Origin: a virus
Strand: one strand, 5' to 3'
Length of the DNA: 64,000 bases
Virus record (IMG/VR): IMGVR_UViG_3300043464_001679
Span: 1 to 64,000 of that record
The position numbers and the translations under genes were made by a program. Under the pieces are notes generated by a model. That model saw only the letters and a program-made list of their open reading frames with translations. It searched no databases and was not told the origin of the DNA. The stretch's first letter is position 1; each line of letters opens with the position of its first letter. Below are positions 22,101 to 32,623 of this stretch, piece by piece.

Positions 22101-22412
22101 AACGAAGGAACACCAATTGGAGGGGAATGCTGTGATAGCCAAATTTTGGGTTATGACGTTCATTGGAATGGTGAATATTGTATACTAGGAAATGCACCAG
22201 AAACACCTACAGTTAATTGTGTTATAGTTAGTATTTCCGATAAAAATATAACAAATGAAAAATGTTGTAATACTAAAGGTGGTGTTTTAGGTGAAGATTC
22301 TTTAGGTAATATAATTTGTTTAAAAAATATTGCTATAACAAATAATGGCTCTACACCTGTTGATGTTCTTGATGGTATATCTTTAACTGATATAAATCAA
22401 ACTACAGACTAA
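19197..22412 (+). CDS. baseplate wedge gp7/P2 gpI-like protein with Cys-rich C-terminal repeats
   Basis: LWRRLVINAWWLFKSKGHRKVLEFFL resembles the KG(T) motif of gp7/gpI; the C-terminal third carries CC...W...C repeats. Confidence 0.55.
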   Translation: MPNKIVVPGSITEPYKIGQGDFAPNLVGQQFTDGVTLFTLGNFAITTNANPVTSNVYSTGTFSESYNLNDLDLTNIDSEELSNESLKIILNLDPNRIERYVYFGSFYEFIKSNIEQILLKWKGSLFIENLLDDDPTRTYKNTVLNYQYDSLSGTSTFKIPTVLIKNKFALIYSSEVLFSTYDNYGDISNLNTSFQDYQISNIFGDFYVLGFTGSTNIDNYIYLQVNGNPWPNLVGVGFGSFNYHVRPKEEIINKYFFSKLNEFESLILNRLVSPPYTISVDLPLRNESGAIFSSNRRLTWPTTDGYNLDNGSTEFTNYLNDWIDIALQMDQNKTDLVARRFVTESIIEFDTEGDGTEIYGRKVNKLLRLYGREFDQVKQYIDGITFSRVVTYNKKDNTADELVKVLASELGLDVLLSYFDNNLFGNFLPSNSGEEGYGATFNTPFSGYSRGLSPRELDFELWRRLVINAWWLFKSKGHRKVLEFFLNLFRIQECVVSLDEYLYIVKDRLNVDETLNTIADYLGIPLDELLVQSGDGIINGGYPIDNFGFPYIQPFDVATEDNDRVTRYYQAYGFWYNGGNLSDLGNNPHIGVYDYGKHYVDGFRCFIDNFSAVTINTVNFITLDNLFTEYSTEDSNTQDNVPSYGENFAEILNNNGQVSSNATILAAGASTDIVYNSNSTPIRITFNYGGSNCELTCPTDLVYYDNGVIFANEQTTLILTESNISGYIDTNQQDLIDATEISQTCCLELGGYYLPASTLIPNGVGGGICPSEGQLMILESGLVLGINKQACCQNSVVGSNVYWDGSRCLLVGTNINAVEDIFTVNELFGNTITDNLACFWCPPTKLVCDDDYYNLKSNITVEPNKREVKGVSINTDFTFKSGCNLANGSLYTDPDGYTYVIQESPSTLPLIMCDSFYSSSWEQIPGSTLFQKGCCKGYRTCDKVSTLDSTGCEINPLTVVTRPDKVLINEGTPIGGECCDSQILGYDVHWNGEYCILGNAPETPTVNCVIVSISDKNITNEKCCNTKGGVLGEDSLGNIICLKNIAITNNGSTPVDVLDGISLTDINQTTD

Positions 22413-22428
22413 TAAATTAAAGAAAATA

Positions 22429-22437
22429 ATATTTATA
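22429..22437 (+). promoter_or_regulatory. putative late promoter ATATTTATA
   Basis: Ends 7 nt upstream of ATG 22445. Confidence 0.55.
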
Positions 22438-22444
22438 AAAATAA

Positions 22445-25045
22445 ATGGCGGAAACAATTAATAATAGTGAATGGCTTGGAGGTGGGGGTGGTGATATCAT
22501 CACTACTTCATATTGTTGTACATTATCACCCGGATCAAATATTTTTAATGCACCAGTCAATCAATTACCTCCCGGTGTTACCACAGGAACAATTGACCTT
22601 CAAATAGCTTCTTCTAGTACACCTTGTATTGGTGTTGGTGACATGTGTCCTGAATATAATTCAAGTCTTACATGGGCTTTACAGGTTGGTACTTCGCCAG
22701 TTACATACACTAGAGGTTGTTGTGTAGCTTATTATTTTCCTGGTGGTGTTGGTCCCAGTTCTGGTATAGATACGGATGGTGATACTGGGCCTTGTGCTGA
22801 TTACCCAACCATACTAAGTTGTGAGGAACTTTTTAATAGTAATGGTTATAACGACATTGATTATTGGGAAAACCCAGAGGGAACAATAGTCAACGGAACT
22901 TATCCAAACAATAATCCATTATCTAACATATCCCTTAACCCTGATTGGGATTTAGCACTAAATGCAGGATGCCCATTAACAGATATAGAATCTTGTTGTA
23001 CCGAACAAAATATAGGTTTCCCAGTTCAATGGGTAAACACACCCTACAATGGTTTTAATAGTGGTAGTATTACTTTAACATCTGAACAATCTTCTTTGTT
23101 ACAAGGTAGATGTATTTCACTTAATAATTGTACCTCACAAATTGAGGGCTTTACTATTCTTGAAGACAATTCTATAGAATATAATGTTGGTTTTACAAAT
23201 ACCACACTTCCTGTGCCACAAAACTGTTGTACAAATTATGTTGTAGGTGGTTTAGGTTATTCTGTTACATGGGATCCAACTTTACAAAAATGTTTTTCAG
23301 TACCAGACCCATGTCCTACTGTATCAACAGTGGTATTAGATACAACTAATTACATCGTATTAAATGCGACTAGATATGATTGTTGTATACCCGAAAATAT
23401 TGGTATAGATACTGTTTATTGGGATTACATAACAAACCAATGTCGTTATATACCACAAAATGATGGTAATATTGTTAATCCCTGTACTTACGATTCTTAT
23501 GAAATAGCACCATACCAAACAACGGCACAAAATTTAACACCCCAAAATGTACAACAACTTTTTGGTTATGTTGATGGTGAATTATTACCTGTTAGTAGAG
23601 GTTGTTGTAGTTCTGAAGTCACTGGTTATAATGTAGAGTGGAATCCAGATTTAAAAATATGTCAGTATACTTCTACTAATGGTATAGATATTGTTTTAAA
23701 TGATGAACCTATATCTATAGATGGTTGTGATGATGTATTAGTTTCCGTTAAAATGTATTTTACAAAACCTTCAGATGAATGTATTACTTCTGAAGATTCT
23801 ATAACAGTATCCCTATTACCAAATAACCCAAATATTACAGTAACACAAATAGATGTGTTTGATTCTATTACTGATGGATTTGATGAATGGATTAATTTAA
23901 GTGCCAGATTTTCATCTGTTTCAGGTGGAACCTTTAACCTAAATTTAAATATAAGTGGTGGTATTGTTTTGTGTTGTGAATACGATATTAGAGTAGACGA
24001 TATTAGGGTGGATTGTTACAAAGAAAATGAAAGACTTTTCTTTGACACCAAAAAGTGTGTTGGTTTTGATCTAACTAGAGTTATAGATAATAAACGTTCA
24101 TGGGTGTATAACCCTGGTGCTGATGACATAGGTTCTACACAAGATAATTTAATTAGAGATAGAGGGGAAGATGGCCTAATACAAGGTTATGGTTTTATAA
24201 ATAGAACTTTTGCTCCTAGTGCTGATGCTGATATTCCTTGGAGGTATACTGACTACTATGAACAATCTAATATATTAGAACCACATAGTAAGGCTGTTAT
24301 AATCAGTAAAGAAATGGAACTCACATTTAATATGTGTAGTGAATGTTGTGCAACTTATTCACAATGTCCTTCTGATTATACATTAGTAACAACCACAGGT
24401 GGGACAAAATATTGCACTAAAACTACAATTTATTGTCCTAGTGGGTATACTTTAAGTGCTGGTACTTGTTATAGTGGTATTACAACCGCTAGTACAATAT
24501 CGGAAACAATAACTGGTGAAACAGGTTCTTATTGTGTACAAACAGCTAACTTATTACAATTAGAGGAATACAAAAAAGTTTTCCAAAGTTTTTGGGTTAG
24601 AATGATTGAACAATTTGTTCCGGCCACAACAATATTCATTTCGGGTGAAAAATGGTGTAATAATGACGCTTTTATTTGTACACAATTTGAAGAGTGTGAT
24701 TATGATTTTGAATACGTTGATTCTGAAATAACCATATTAGAATACTCAACAGATCCAGAATTACCTGAAGGTCCTCATAACACTAATGGAGGTGATGTTG
24801 ATGAGACTTTTGAACCAGGTCTACCTATGGATAACACACCTAATTCTGAATTAAGTGGGTCAAATAATGAACCAATAGTTATTGATGGATTTAATATAAC
24901 ACCAGCAGACCCAGACCCAACCGGTGGGGGTGGTATATTGGTTGAAAGAGAAATAACACCAAGATTAAATAGACCTTTTGAGGTGATTAAAGAAAGATAT
25001 TATAACGGTATCATTAAAGGAGGGGTAAAAGAAATATTTCAATAA
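22445..25045 (+). CDS. Cys-rich baseplate/tail protein
   Basis: Four CC..G..V.W..C repeats, CPSGY-type repeats, and EQFVPATT near the C-terminus. Confidence 0.55.
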   Translation: MAETINNSEWLGGGGGDIITTSYCCTLSPGSNIFNAPVNQLPPGVTTGTIDLQIASSSTPCIGVGDMCPEYNSSLTWALQVGTSPVTYTRGCCVAYYFPGGVGPSSGIDTDGDTGPCADYPTILSCEELFNSNGYNDIDYWENPEGTIVNGTYPNNNPLSNISLNPDWDLALNAGCPLTDIESCCTEQNIGFPVQWVNTPYNGFNSGSITLTSEQSSLLQGRCISLNNCTSQIEGFTILEDNSIEYNVGFTNTTLPVPQNCCTNYVVGGLGYSVTWDPTLQKCFSVPDPCPTVSTVVLDTTNYIVLNATRYDCCIPENIGIDTVYWDYITNQCRYIPQNDGNIVNPCTYDSYEIAPYQTTAQNLTPQNVQQLFGYVDGELLPVSRGCCSSEVTGYNVEWNPDLKICQYTSTNGIDIVLNDEPISIDGCDDVLVSVKMYFTKPSDECITSEDSITVSLLPNNPNITVTQIDVFDSITDGFDEWINLSARFSSVSGGTFNLNLNISGGIVLCCEYDIRVDDIRVDCYKENERLFFDTKKCVGFDLTRVIDNKRSWVYNPGADDIGSTQDNLIRDRGEDGLIQGYGFINRTFAPSADADIPWRYTDYYEQSNILEPHSKAVIISKEMELTFNMCSECCATYSQCPSDYTLVTTTGGTKYCTKTTIYCPSGYTLSAGTCYSGITTASTISETITGETGSYCVQTANLLQLEEYKKVFQSFWVRMIEQFVPATTIFISGEKWCNNDAFICTQFEECDYDFEYVDSEITILEYSTDPELPEGPHNTNGGDVDETFEPGLPMDNTPNSELSGSNNEPIVIDGFNITPADPDPTGGGGILVEREITPRLNRPFEVIKERYYNGIIKGGVKEIFQ

Positions 25046-26676
25046 TGTGTTTATTATGTAAATATAAAAAAACAAGTATACCTACAGTAGATTTAGAATC
25101 TGTAGCTCAAATTGAGGTAGATAGATCAAGAGGACTATCTAATGTTTATAATATCGGTAATGAAGTAAGTTTTGTTGATGAGGTTTTTTTAGAACCATTA
25201 TATACATTATCAGGGGCAACAATACCTAACTCAGGTTTTACTACTACTAATTGTAGTGGTGTTACAACAGCTAGTACTTATACAACATCAGGTTGTACAG
25301 CAGTTTATAACTTATCAGAAGTTGATGAAATAGACCTCGTATTTCAAATAACAGGAAATACAGAATATACTGGTTATACAGGTAGTTTTTGTTACCACAC
25401 CTTTAATTTAAATAGAATACCTAAAGATAGGGTGTATGTCACAAAAAAAGATGCAGTATATTCTAAATGTTTTGAATATTCAGCTATAACCGCTAATACA
25501 ATTTATGATACAATAAATTCTTTTTCTATAGATAAAGGTGATTATGAATATATAATAAAAGATTATAACATTTTTACAACAAAAAACTTTTTAGATAATT
25601 TAGAAGTAAATTCATTTGATTTAACTACATATCCTAAAGAAGATTTATTTAATGATGGTTGGTATTTTGTAACATCTGTTAATCCCGAAAAACCTATAGT
25701 TAGTAAAACTAGGGCTTTTGACATAACACAAGATACTATTTTAGTAACAGAAACACCTAATTTGATTGAGGGTCAAACTACTATATTTAAAATTGGTGGT
25801 TATGCTTTAAATAACAAATTTATTGTATTTGTTAATGGTATTTTATTAACAGAAAATTTAGATTGGATTTACAGACCTGATTTAGGTAATGGGTATTTTG
25901 AACTTATTTCAGGAACACTAGAGCCAACAAAAGACGTTATCCAAGTTAGTTACCTAAAAAATATTTCAGTAGATGTTGATATAATTAATCTTAATGAAAC
26001 AGGTTTAATTGTGGATGCCGGTATAGTTAACTCAATAACTACAGGTATAACTTCTGGTGTTACTAATTTAACTGTAAATTATAACCCTATAAAATCTAGA
26101 CAAGAAATATTACTCACCTACCCGAATAGAAGTGGTTCAGGTTTAATATTTGTTGTGAATGGGATTAAATTGAAAGAAAATGTAGAGTATTTTATTAGTA
26201 CTAGTGATAGTAGAAAATTAATAATGAATCCGTCTAATGAAATAAAAATTGGTGATGCTTTATCTATTTTTTATATTACGGACCAAAGTCTTCTTTATTA
26301 TGATTTAGGTTATTTTAGAACACTTACACCAACTGTTTATTGGTCGGCACCTGATAGTTATTCTAATTATAGAAGTGAAGATGGTAAATTCTTATTACAA
26401 GTTACTACTGGAGATGATACTGAATTTTTAAATCCAATCCAATCCAAATTTTATGATTTTTATAATCCATTAGGACAAATAAATGTTAGTGCGGTAACTG
26501 AAACTTATTCAGCAACACTAGACCAATTACCAACAAATGTAGGTGAAAATTTCTTATTTAGAGTATCTTTTTTCAAAGATTATCATATATTATTCAATAA
26601 TACAATAACAACTAGAGCTGTTAGTGAAATTGTTGCTTTTAGAGTAAACATAGCTTACGCACAAAATAGTTATTAA
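25045..26676 (+). CDS. putative tail/baseplate protein
   Basis: Two VNGI.L.E..[DE][WY] beta-repeats; S/T-G-x-T rich. Confidence 0.5.
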   Translation: MCLLCKYKKTSIPTVDLESVAQIEVDRSRGLSNVYNIGNEVSFVDEVFLEPLYTLSGATIPNSGFTTTNCSGVTTASTYTTSGCTAVYNLSEVDEIDLVFQITGNTEYTGYTGSFCYHTFNLNRIPKDRVYVTKKDAVYSKCFEYSAITANTIYDTINSFSIDKGDYEYIIKDYNIFTTKNFLDNLEVNSFDLTTYPKEDLFNDGWYFVTSVNPEKPIVSKTRAFDITQDTILVTETPNLIEGQTTIFKIGGYALNNKFIVFVNGILLTENLDWIYRPDLGNGYFELISGTLEPTKDVIQVSYLKNISVDVDIINLNETGLIVDAGIVNSITTGITSGVTNLTVNYNPIKSRQEILLTYPNRSGSGLIFVVNGIKLKENVEYFISTSDSRKLIMNPSNEIKIGDALSIFYITDQSLLYYDLGYFRTLTPTVYWSAPDSYSNYRSEDGKFLLQVTTGDDTEFLNPIQSKFYDFYNPLGQINVSAVTETYSATLDQLPTNVGENFLFRVSFFKDYHILFNNTITTRAVSEIVAFRVNIAYAQNSY

Positions 26677-26678
26677 TA

Positions 26679-29168
26679 ATGGAGAATAAGACTATAAGAA
26701 TACGAACTACACCAGGTGAAGATAAAAATATTAGTGTAGATTTAAATCAGGATTTTGATTTTATAGAGATTCTAAGTTTAAAAATCACACAGAAAGATGT
26801 TTATGAATCTTTTTGCGCTGATTATGGTGTCGTTATTGGCAGAGTAATAGCTAATCAAGGATTTGGTGTACCAAACGCCAAAGTTTCTATTTTTATTCCC
26901 ATTTCTGACGAAGACCAAAAAAATGAATTAATAAGTACTTTATATCCTTACAAAACAGTTACCAGTACTAATAGTGAAGGGATTAGATATAATCTATTAC
27001 TGGAAGAATCTACCTGTAATCTTAGTGTCGCTGTTGGGACATTCCCAACCAAAGAAACTATATTAAACAATGACACTTATTTAGAGATATTTGATAAATA
27101 CTACAAATATACGACAACAACTAATGATGCTGGAGATTATATAATATTTGGTGTACCAACTGGACAACAGACAGTACACATGGATGTTGACTTAAGTGAT
27201 ATAGGTTTTTTAAGTTTAAGACCATACGATTTAATAGAACAAGGATTTTCAGAGTCATTATTTGACGGTAAAAATTTTAAAACATCTAATAATTTAGATA
27301 CTTTAGCACAAATTAGAACACAAAATAAAGGTGTTGATGTTGTTCCTTTTTGGGGTGATACTGAAAAATGTAATTTTGGTATTACTAGAGTAGACTTTAA
27401 TATTGGTAATGATTTAGTTGCTAACGCTATTTTTATGGGATCTATTTTTACAGATTCAGATAAAAACGCTTTAAAACAAAATTGTAATGTTAAGAAATCT
27501 ATGGGAGAACAAGAACAATTAATAACTGGCCCTGGACAAGTAGACATTTTAAAATTAAATTACATACCAAACCAAAATGTTACACCTAGCAATCCAAACA
27601 TAGATTCACCAACCTTTATTGAAAAATTATCACCAAAAGAGATAGATGAAAATGGGGTTTACGCTTTTACGATACCTTTATATTATGATAAAGTTATAAC
27701 AGATGAATTTGGTAACCTTGTTAGATCTTTAGACCAAACAAAAGGGGTCCCAACAAAAGGTAAATACAGGTTTAAATTAAAATTCAATGATAATACCACA
27801 ATTTTTAAAGGTAAAAAAACGTTTAGAACGGCTAGTTTAATTATACCTAGCAATCAAGATTCAGTTAGATTTACGGCTGACATAGATTCTTATATAAATG
27901 ATGATGTTGAGTGTGATTTTCACCTTTTTGAATGGAAACAAGTTTATACAACAACACAATATATTAGAAAAATAAAAAATAACAACTCTGGTAGATTTGA
28001 TTTTATAGGTTTAAAGGATTGTGGCCAATTTTTATTACAAACTGTTGGTTCACCCGATGTGACAGGTATTGGTGAGACAGAAGAAGGTGATACTAACACT
28101 AAATCAAATTTAGATATACCATATAACAACGCTATAAAGAGGACCTTTAGTGAACTTAGTAAACAAAAGAAAATTAAACTATGTTTTTATGATTCTTGGT
28201 TAAATGGGGGTTGTTATTTGTATAAATTTAGGGTTAAATCAAAAAATAATGGGGAATATAAATGTTGTGGTTTTGGCCATAATAATAGTGCATCTTTTTT
28301 AACTGAAAACAATAATACTTATACACCGAATACAACGGGTTATCCCACTGGTAATGCTTGGGGTGATGCTATTAATAATGGGACAGAATTTCCATCAGGT
28401 GTTAGATGTACCTTCATAACACCAAAATCTATACCAGGGGTATTAAATGGGGCGAATGATACTGAAGAATTTGTTTACTGTAAATGGACCTCAAACACCG
28501 TAATAATGAATATAGGCTCAATGTTAATGTGTAAAGAAACTTTAGATACTTTAAAAAGTAGTCTATCTTCAGATACCGATAGTAGTTTAAAACCATTCAC
28601 TAAAGGTGGTGGGAGTAATTGTATTGGAGGATATTGTCAAAATTCAGAAAAAGGTATTAGAACAGTAAATTTAATACCTTTTTTAGCTACAACAACATAT
28701 ACAGATTTAAATGATCTATTTCCATACCAAATGGCTGGTGAAAACGGTTTCGATGGTAATTTATATGAAAAATGGGGTAAAGCTTTAAATATATTTCCAG
28801 CTAATTCTTTTTTAAACTCTGGTTATTCCGAAAAAGAACTAAAAGCAGAAGTAGGTGGTACTATTTTAAAATACTATTGTAGGATTGATTATGATGAACC
28901 TGATCCTGTAGATTGGCTTCCTGGTAATATACCTACATATTCAGGTGGTGAACCATTACCTATTGGTCCACCAGAAATAAATCTTAATGATTATGGTAAT
29001 TTAAATCCTAATGCTTTAGATTCTGAATTAAACAGTTATTTTGGGTGTACTTATAATCTAGGTAAAGACGTGTATTATTATGCTAAAAATGATCATCCAT
29101 ATTTTTATTTTGGTCTTACTGAAGGCTCAACAGCTCTAGATAAATTGAAAAAAGATTTTTTTGATTAA
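26679..29168 (+). CDS. putative tail protein with an N-terminal carboxypeptidase-regulatory/prealbumin-like beta domain
   Basis: GVVIGRV...GVPNAKVSI...TTTNDAGDYIIFGVPTG pattern. Confidence 0.5.
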   Translation: MENKTIRIRTTPGEDKNISVDLNQDFDFIEILSLKITQKDVYESFCADYGVVIGRVIANQGFGVPNAKVSIFIPISDEDQKNELISTLYPYKTVTSTNSEGIRYNLLLEESTCNLSVAVGTFPTKETILNNDTYLEIFDKYYKYTTTTNDAGDYIIFGVPTGQQTVHMDVDLSDIGFLSLRPYDLIEQGFSESLFDGKNFKTSNNLDTLAQIRTQNKGVDVVPFWGDTEKCNFGITRVDFNIGNDLVANAIFMGSIFTDSDKNALKQNCNVKKSMGEQEQLITGPGQVDILKLNYIPNQNVTPSNPNIDSPTFIEKLSPKEIDENGVYAFTIPLYYDKVITDEFGNLVRSLDQTKGVPTKGKYRFKLKFNDNTTIFKGKKTFRTASLIIPSNQDSVRFTADIDSYINDDVECDFHLFEWKQVYTTTQYIRKIKNNNSGRFDFIGLKDCGQFLLQTVGSPDVTGIGETEEGDTNTKSNLDIPYNNAIKRTFSELSKQKKIKLCFYDSWLNGGCYLYKFRVKSKNNGEYKCCGFGHNNSASFLTENNNTYTPNTTGYPTGNAWGDAINNGTEFPSGVRCTFITPKSIPGVLNGANDTEEFVYCKWTSNTVIMNIGSMLMCKETLDTLKSSLSSDTDSSLKPFTKGGGSNCIGGYCQNSEKGIRTVNLIPFLATTTYTDLNDLFPYQMAGENGFDGNLYEKWGKALNIFPANSFLNSGYSEKELKAEVGGTILKYYCRIDYDEPDPVDWLPGNIPTYSGGEPLPIGPPEINLNDYGNLNPNALDSELNSYFGCTYNLGKDVYYYAKNDHPYFYFGLTEGSTALDKLKKDFFD

Positions 29169-29181
29169 AACGATAATAATG

Positions 29182-29190
29182 ATATTTATA
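29182..29190 (+). promoter_or_regulatory. putative late promoter ATATTTATA
   Basis: Upstream of GTG 29205. Confidence 0.6.
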
Positions 29191-29204
29191 AAAAAACATA
29201 AAAA

Positions 29205-31241
29205 GTGAGTTATATAGATAAAAATTCAAATATTGTTGTAAGTGCTAGACTTACAGATAAAGGTAGAGAATTATTGGCTAATGGAGCCTTAACTTTTAAC
29301 ACCTTTAAATTAGGTGATTCAGAAATTGATTATACAACTTTAGGTCCTACTTATGACATTACTTTAAATAATGTTTTAAGAGCTAAAGCTAATCAACCTG
29401 ATATGAAAACATTCTTGTTACCTACAACAACAAGTACACCAAATCAGGCTTTCATGGGAATAACCCAACTTACAGCTCTAGAATTAGTAACAACAACTCA
29501 GGCACCTGAATTAGGATTTTTTGAAACAAGTACTGCTAGTACAGAATATACAGCTTATACAAGTACTAGTTATGTTTTACAGGCTGATAGTATAATTCCT
29601 TTAAGTGGTTTAACAGGTTGTACTAATGTTGTACCTGTAATACAATCAGCTTCTTATGGTGTAAATACATACGAACCTTCTATTGGTGATTTTATGTTGG
29701 TAAAAATGAGTAATGACCAGTTAACTTTACCACAAACAGACGGTGTTATTGATGAGAACGTACCTGTCCCTTACCTTTGGTTTAGGGTACAAGATAAAAG
29801 TGGTACCCTGTCGGCAAACACATTGAACGTAACTTTAGATAGAAATTTCCCTTATTACCCTGGTTATGTGGGTTCTAATCATTGTTGGACAGCTTTTTAT
29901 CCTACAGGAAATACTTTTAGTACGGGTGGAATTTATTCAGCTGGGACAGTGTGGAACATGAATAATGTGTGGTCATACCCTATAGCAGGAGCTGATGATG
30001 GTTTAGGTACTTATGAAACTTTTAATAATTATGGTAGTGAAAATTATATTGGTTCTAAAGAATATTTTGGATATACATCTGAAATTACTAGTAATTGTGA
30101 AGATGAAAAGTCTATAGCTATTATACATTACACAAACGTACAGACTTGCAACAATCAATCAGAAAATGTTTACGGACAAAGATTTTATATTGATACAACA
30201 GTTCCGTCAGCACCTAAAATAAAAATGCCAACTTTAATGTGGCATGGTAGAGTTTTTTCGGGTTCAGGAACAGCGGATAAAATTGGTGAGTCTTTTTCTG
30301 GTACAGGTGTTGAAAAATATGTTACTTTAAGTGGGGTTTCTACAGAAGTTAGATATTACGATTTAGTTGATAGTAGTGGTAATAACTTTGTTGGTAGAGT
30401 TTTCCCTGACCATGAAGTATTTACCGTAGATAACCAAGAGTTAGTTGCAGCACTTTCATACAAATCAAATAGAAACTGGACCTTACCAACAATGGATTAC
30501 GGTCTATTTACATCAGCTAATGGTTTGATTGGTCAAACACAAGATTTATATGTTTCTTATATGTTTGAAAATACTTCAGCATGTACCACAAGTTTACACG
30601 CACAAAATTATACTTGTGTTGTTGTAAGTGAGGAAGAGTGTCCAGATAACGCTAAGAAAGATGTACAGTTAACATTCCCAACCTCTAGTTTACCTTATAT
30701 GATGGTAAGTGGGGGGACAGGTTTCCAAGCAGATAAGTTTTATATTATAGCTCAAAGAGTGACAACAGGTAACAAACCAACATCAGATGGTTGGTTTATT
30801 ATGGACTATACTAATCAAATAAATGGTCACACAACTGGTACAACAATAAACCCTATTAATCTAGAAAACACAACATTCACCATAAATAACGCGATGTATA
30901 TTTCTGGTTCTACTTTGTTTGATTTACATAACTATATTAATATACCTACTACATCAGAAACTAATTTATTACAATTTGGGGATGAGAATTTCTTTTTTGG
31001 CAATATAGAAGCAGCTGGTTCAGTAAGGAAATGGAGAACTAAATTTAACATAGTAGTACCGCCTACAATGTTTAATACAACAACTAACCCAACTTGGTTG
31101 AATAGTGCACAAAACGTACACATTTCTGAGGTTGGTATTTATAGTACTGGTGGTGATTTAGTGGCAATAGGCAAAATGAATCTACCTATTGAAAAAAATA
31201 ACACAACAACAGTTATAATTGAAATAGCTTTTGATTTATAA
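29205..31241 (+). CDS. tail-collar/fibre-attachment-like structural protein
   Basis: N-terminal LTDKGRELLA...FKLGDSE and C-terminal ISEVGIYSTGGDLVAIGK, typical of tail-collar fibre (DUF3751-like) domains. Confidence 0.55.
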   Translation: MSYIDKNSNIVVSARLTDKGRELLANGALTFNTFKLGDSEIDYTTLGPTYDITLNNVLRAKANQPDMKTFLLPTTTSTPNQAFMGITQLTALELVTTTQAPELGFFETSTASTEYTAYTSTSYVLQADSIIPLSGLTGCTNVVPVIQSASYGVNTYEPSIGDFMLVKMSNDQLTLPQTDGVIDENVPVPYLWFRVQDKSGTLSANTLNVTLDRNFPYYPGYVGSNHCWTAFYPTGNTFSTGGIYSAGTVWNMNNVWSYPIAGADDGLGTYETFNNYGSENYIGSKEYFGYTSEITSNCEDEKSIAIIHYTNVQTCNNQSENVYGQRFYIDTTVPSAPKIKMPTLMWHGRVFSGSGTADKIGESFSGTGVEKYVTLSGVSTEVRYYDLVDSSGNNFVGRVFPDHEVFTVDNQELVAALSYKSNRNWTLPTMDYGLFTSANGLIGQTQDLYVSYMFENTSACTTSLHAQNYTCVVVSEEECPDNAKKDVQLTFPTSSLPYMMVSGGTGFQADKFYIIAQRVTTGNKPTSDGWFIMDYTNQINGHTTGTTINPINLENTTFTINNAMYISGSTLFDLHNYINIPTTSETNLLQFGDENFFFGNIEAAGSVRKWRTKFNIVVPPTMFNTTTNPTWLNSAQNVHISEVGIYSTGGDLVAIGKMNLPIEKNNTTTVIIEIAFDL

Positions 31242-31483
31242 TGGGTTTTTTAGACAAAAATAATGATGAAGTGAAGTTGATTTTAACACCTCACGGTAAA
31301 GTAAAATTTTTATCTGAAGGTCTTAAAGATACTTTTGTATATTTTACTTTTTCGGATGATGACTTATTATATCATTTATGTGTTGAACCACAAGGTATTT
31401 TAGAAATAAATGGTAGTCATAAAAGTTCTACTACCATAAAAGAACCTAAATATAAAGTAAAAATAAGAGATAATGGCGAATAA
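31241..31483 (+). CDS. small paralog of the N-terminus of the 29205 protein
   Basis: MGFLDKN...LTPHGKVKFL...FTFSDDD. Confidence 0.55.
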   Translation: MGFLDKNNDEVKLILTPHGKVKFLSEGLKDTFVYFTFSDDDLLYHLCVEPQGILEINGSHKSSTTIKEPKYKVKIRDNGE

Positions 31484-32621
31484 TGTAAATTTAAAATTAA
31501 CTAATCACGGTTTACGTAAGATTATGAGTGAAGGAGCTAAAAAATCTTTCGCTTTTTTCAGTCTTGGTGATATGAATGAACGTTACGATGTTAGTACTGA
31601 ACCTAATTTATCTGATATAAATAACATAAGTGGTTCTAAAACTTTATTTACTGCTAGAAAATCTTGTATTGATTCGGTACCTACTAAAGTAGAAGTTATA
31701 GAACCACCAGTAGAATCAGTCACTAAAACAGCACAAAGATGGGTTATTAATTTTTACAAACAAAATTGTGGTTTACAGGATTACACAAAAAGTAATCTAA
31801 CTATGACTATAAATTTACATGAGTATTTTGATTGGTTAACAGATATTGCAACTAATTCAGCTTACACAGAAAGTTTAGAAACTAGTTTAAAAATAATACA
31901 AGGTATTTATCTGATTAAACAAGAACAAAATTTTGTTTCTAATGCGTGGTCAAACTTATTAACAACAAATAATTTCTCACTAAACTTTATGTTTAAGAGT
32001 AGTGAGGATAAAGACAATTATTTAAAATTAAACAGTAAATATGTTTCATATAACAATAATAGTTTAAAAACACAAATAGATAATTCTTTTGATAGGTTTT
32101 ATACTAGTCTATTGTTTGGTTTTGGTGCTAATATAGAGGGTTCTAGATATCTAGAAGGTCATAACGCATTTTTAACTTTTCAACCACCACAATTTGGTTA
32201 TGTAGTTAACGGTAAAACAAACTTTATACCACTAACCAAAATGGGTGATGTTAGTAGATATGAAACCATTACACCTGCAGTGATTTTAGATTCTTCTAAG
32301 ACAGGGGTTTATTATCTTACAGAACCTAGTAGATTCATAACACAGGATATAAATGGGTTTATGGCTCAAGCAATATGGGGTTATAAAAATTCTACTGGTC
32401 AATCATTAATAGAAGGTATGATTGCTAAAGCTAAAAATCATATAGAATTTTATTTTAAAGAAACCACAACCAACAAATGGGAATTACCTATTAATTCACA
32501 ATTGGTTGTAACAAGTAATAGTGAAAACCTACCAGTTATAGGTGGTAATTTAAGTCTTAACTTTGTATACGATTTAAATGCAACTATTTCAGGATATAAC
32601 AATATATTAATAGTCGGGTAA
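31473..32621 (+). CDS. structural protein with a tail-collar-like N-terminus
   Basis: LTNHGLRKIM...FFSLGD. Confidence 0.5.
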   Translation: MANNVNLKLTNHGLRKIMSEGAKKSFAFFSLGDMNERYDVSTEPNLSDINNISGSKTLFTARKSCIDSVPTKVEVIEPPVESVTKTAQRWVINFYKQNCGLQDYTKSNLTMTINLHEYFDWLTDIATNSAYTESLETSLKIIQGIYLIKQEQNFVSNAWSNLLTTNNFSLNFMFKSSEDKDNYLKLNSKYVSYNNNSLKTQIDNSFDRFYTSLLFGFGANIEGSRYLEGHNAFLTFQPPQFGYVVNGKTNFIPLTKMGDVSRYETITPAVILDSSKTGVYYLTEPSRFITQDINGFMAQAIWGYKNSTGQSLIEGMIAKAKNHIEFYFKETTTNKWELPINSQLVVTSNSENLPVIGGNLSLNFVYDLNATISGYNNILIVG

Positions 32622-32623
32622 TA

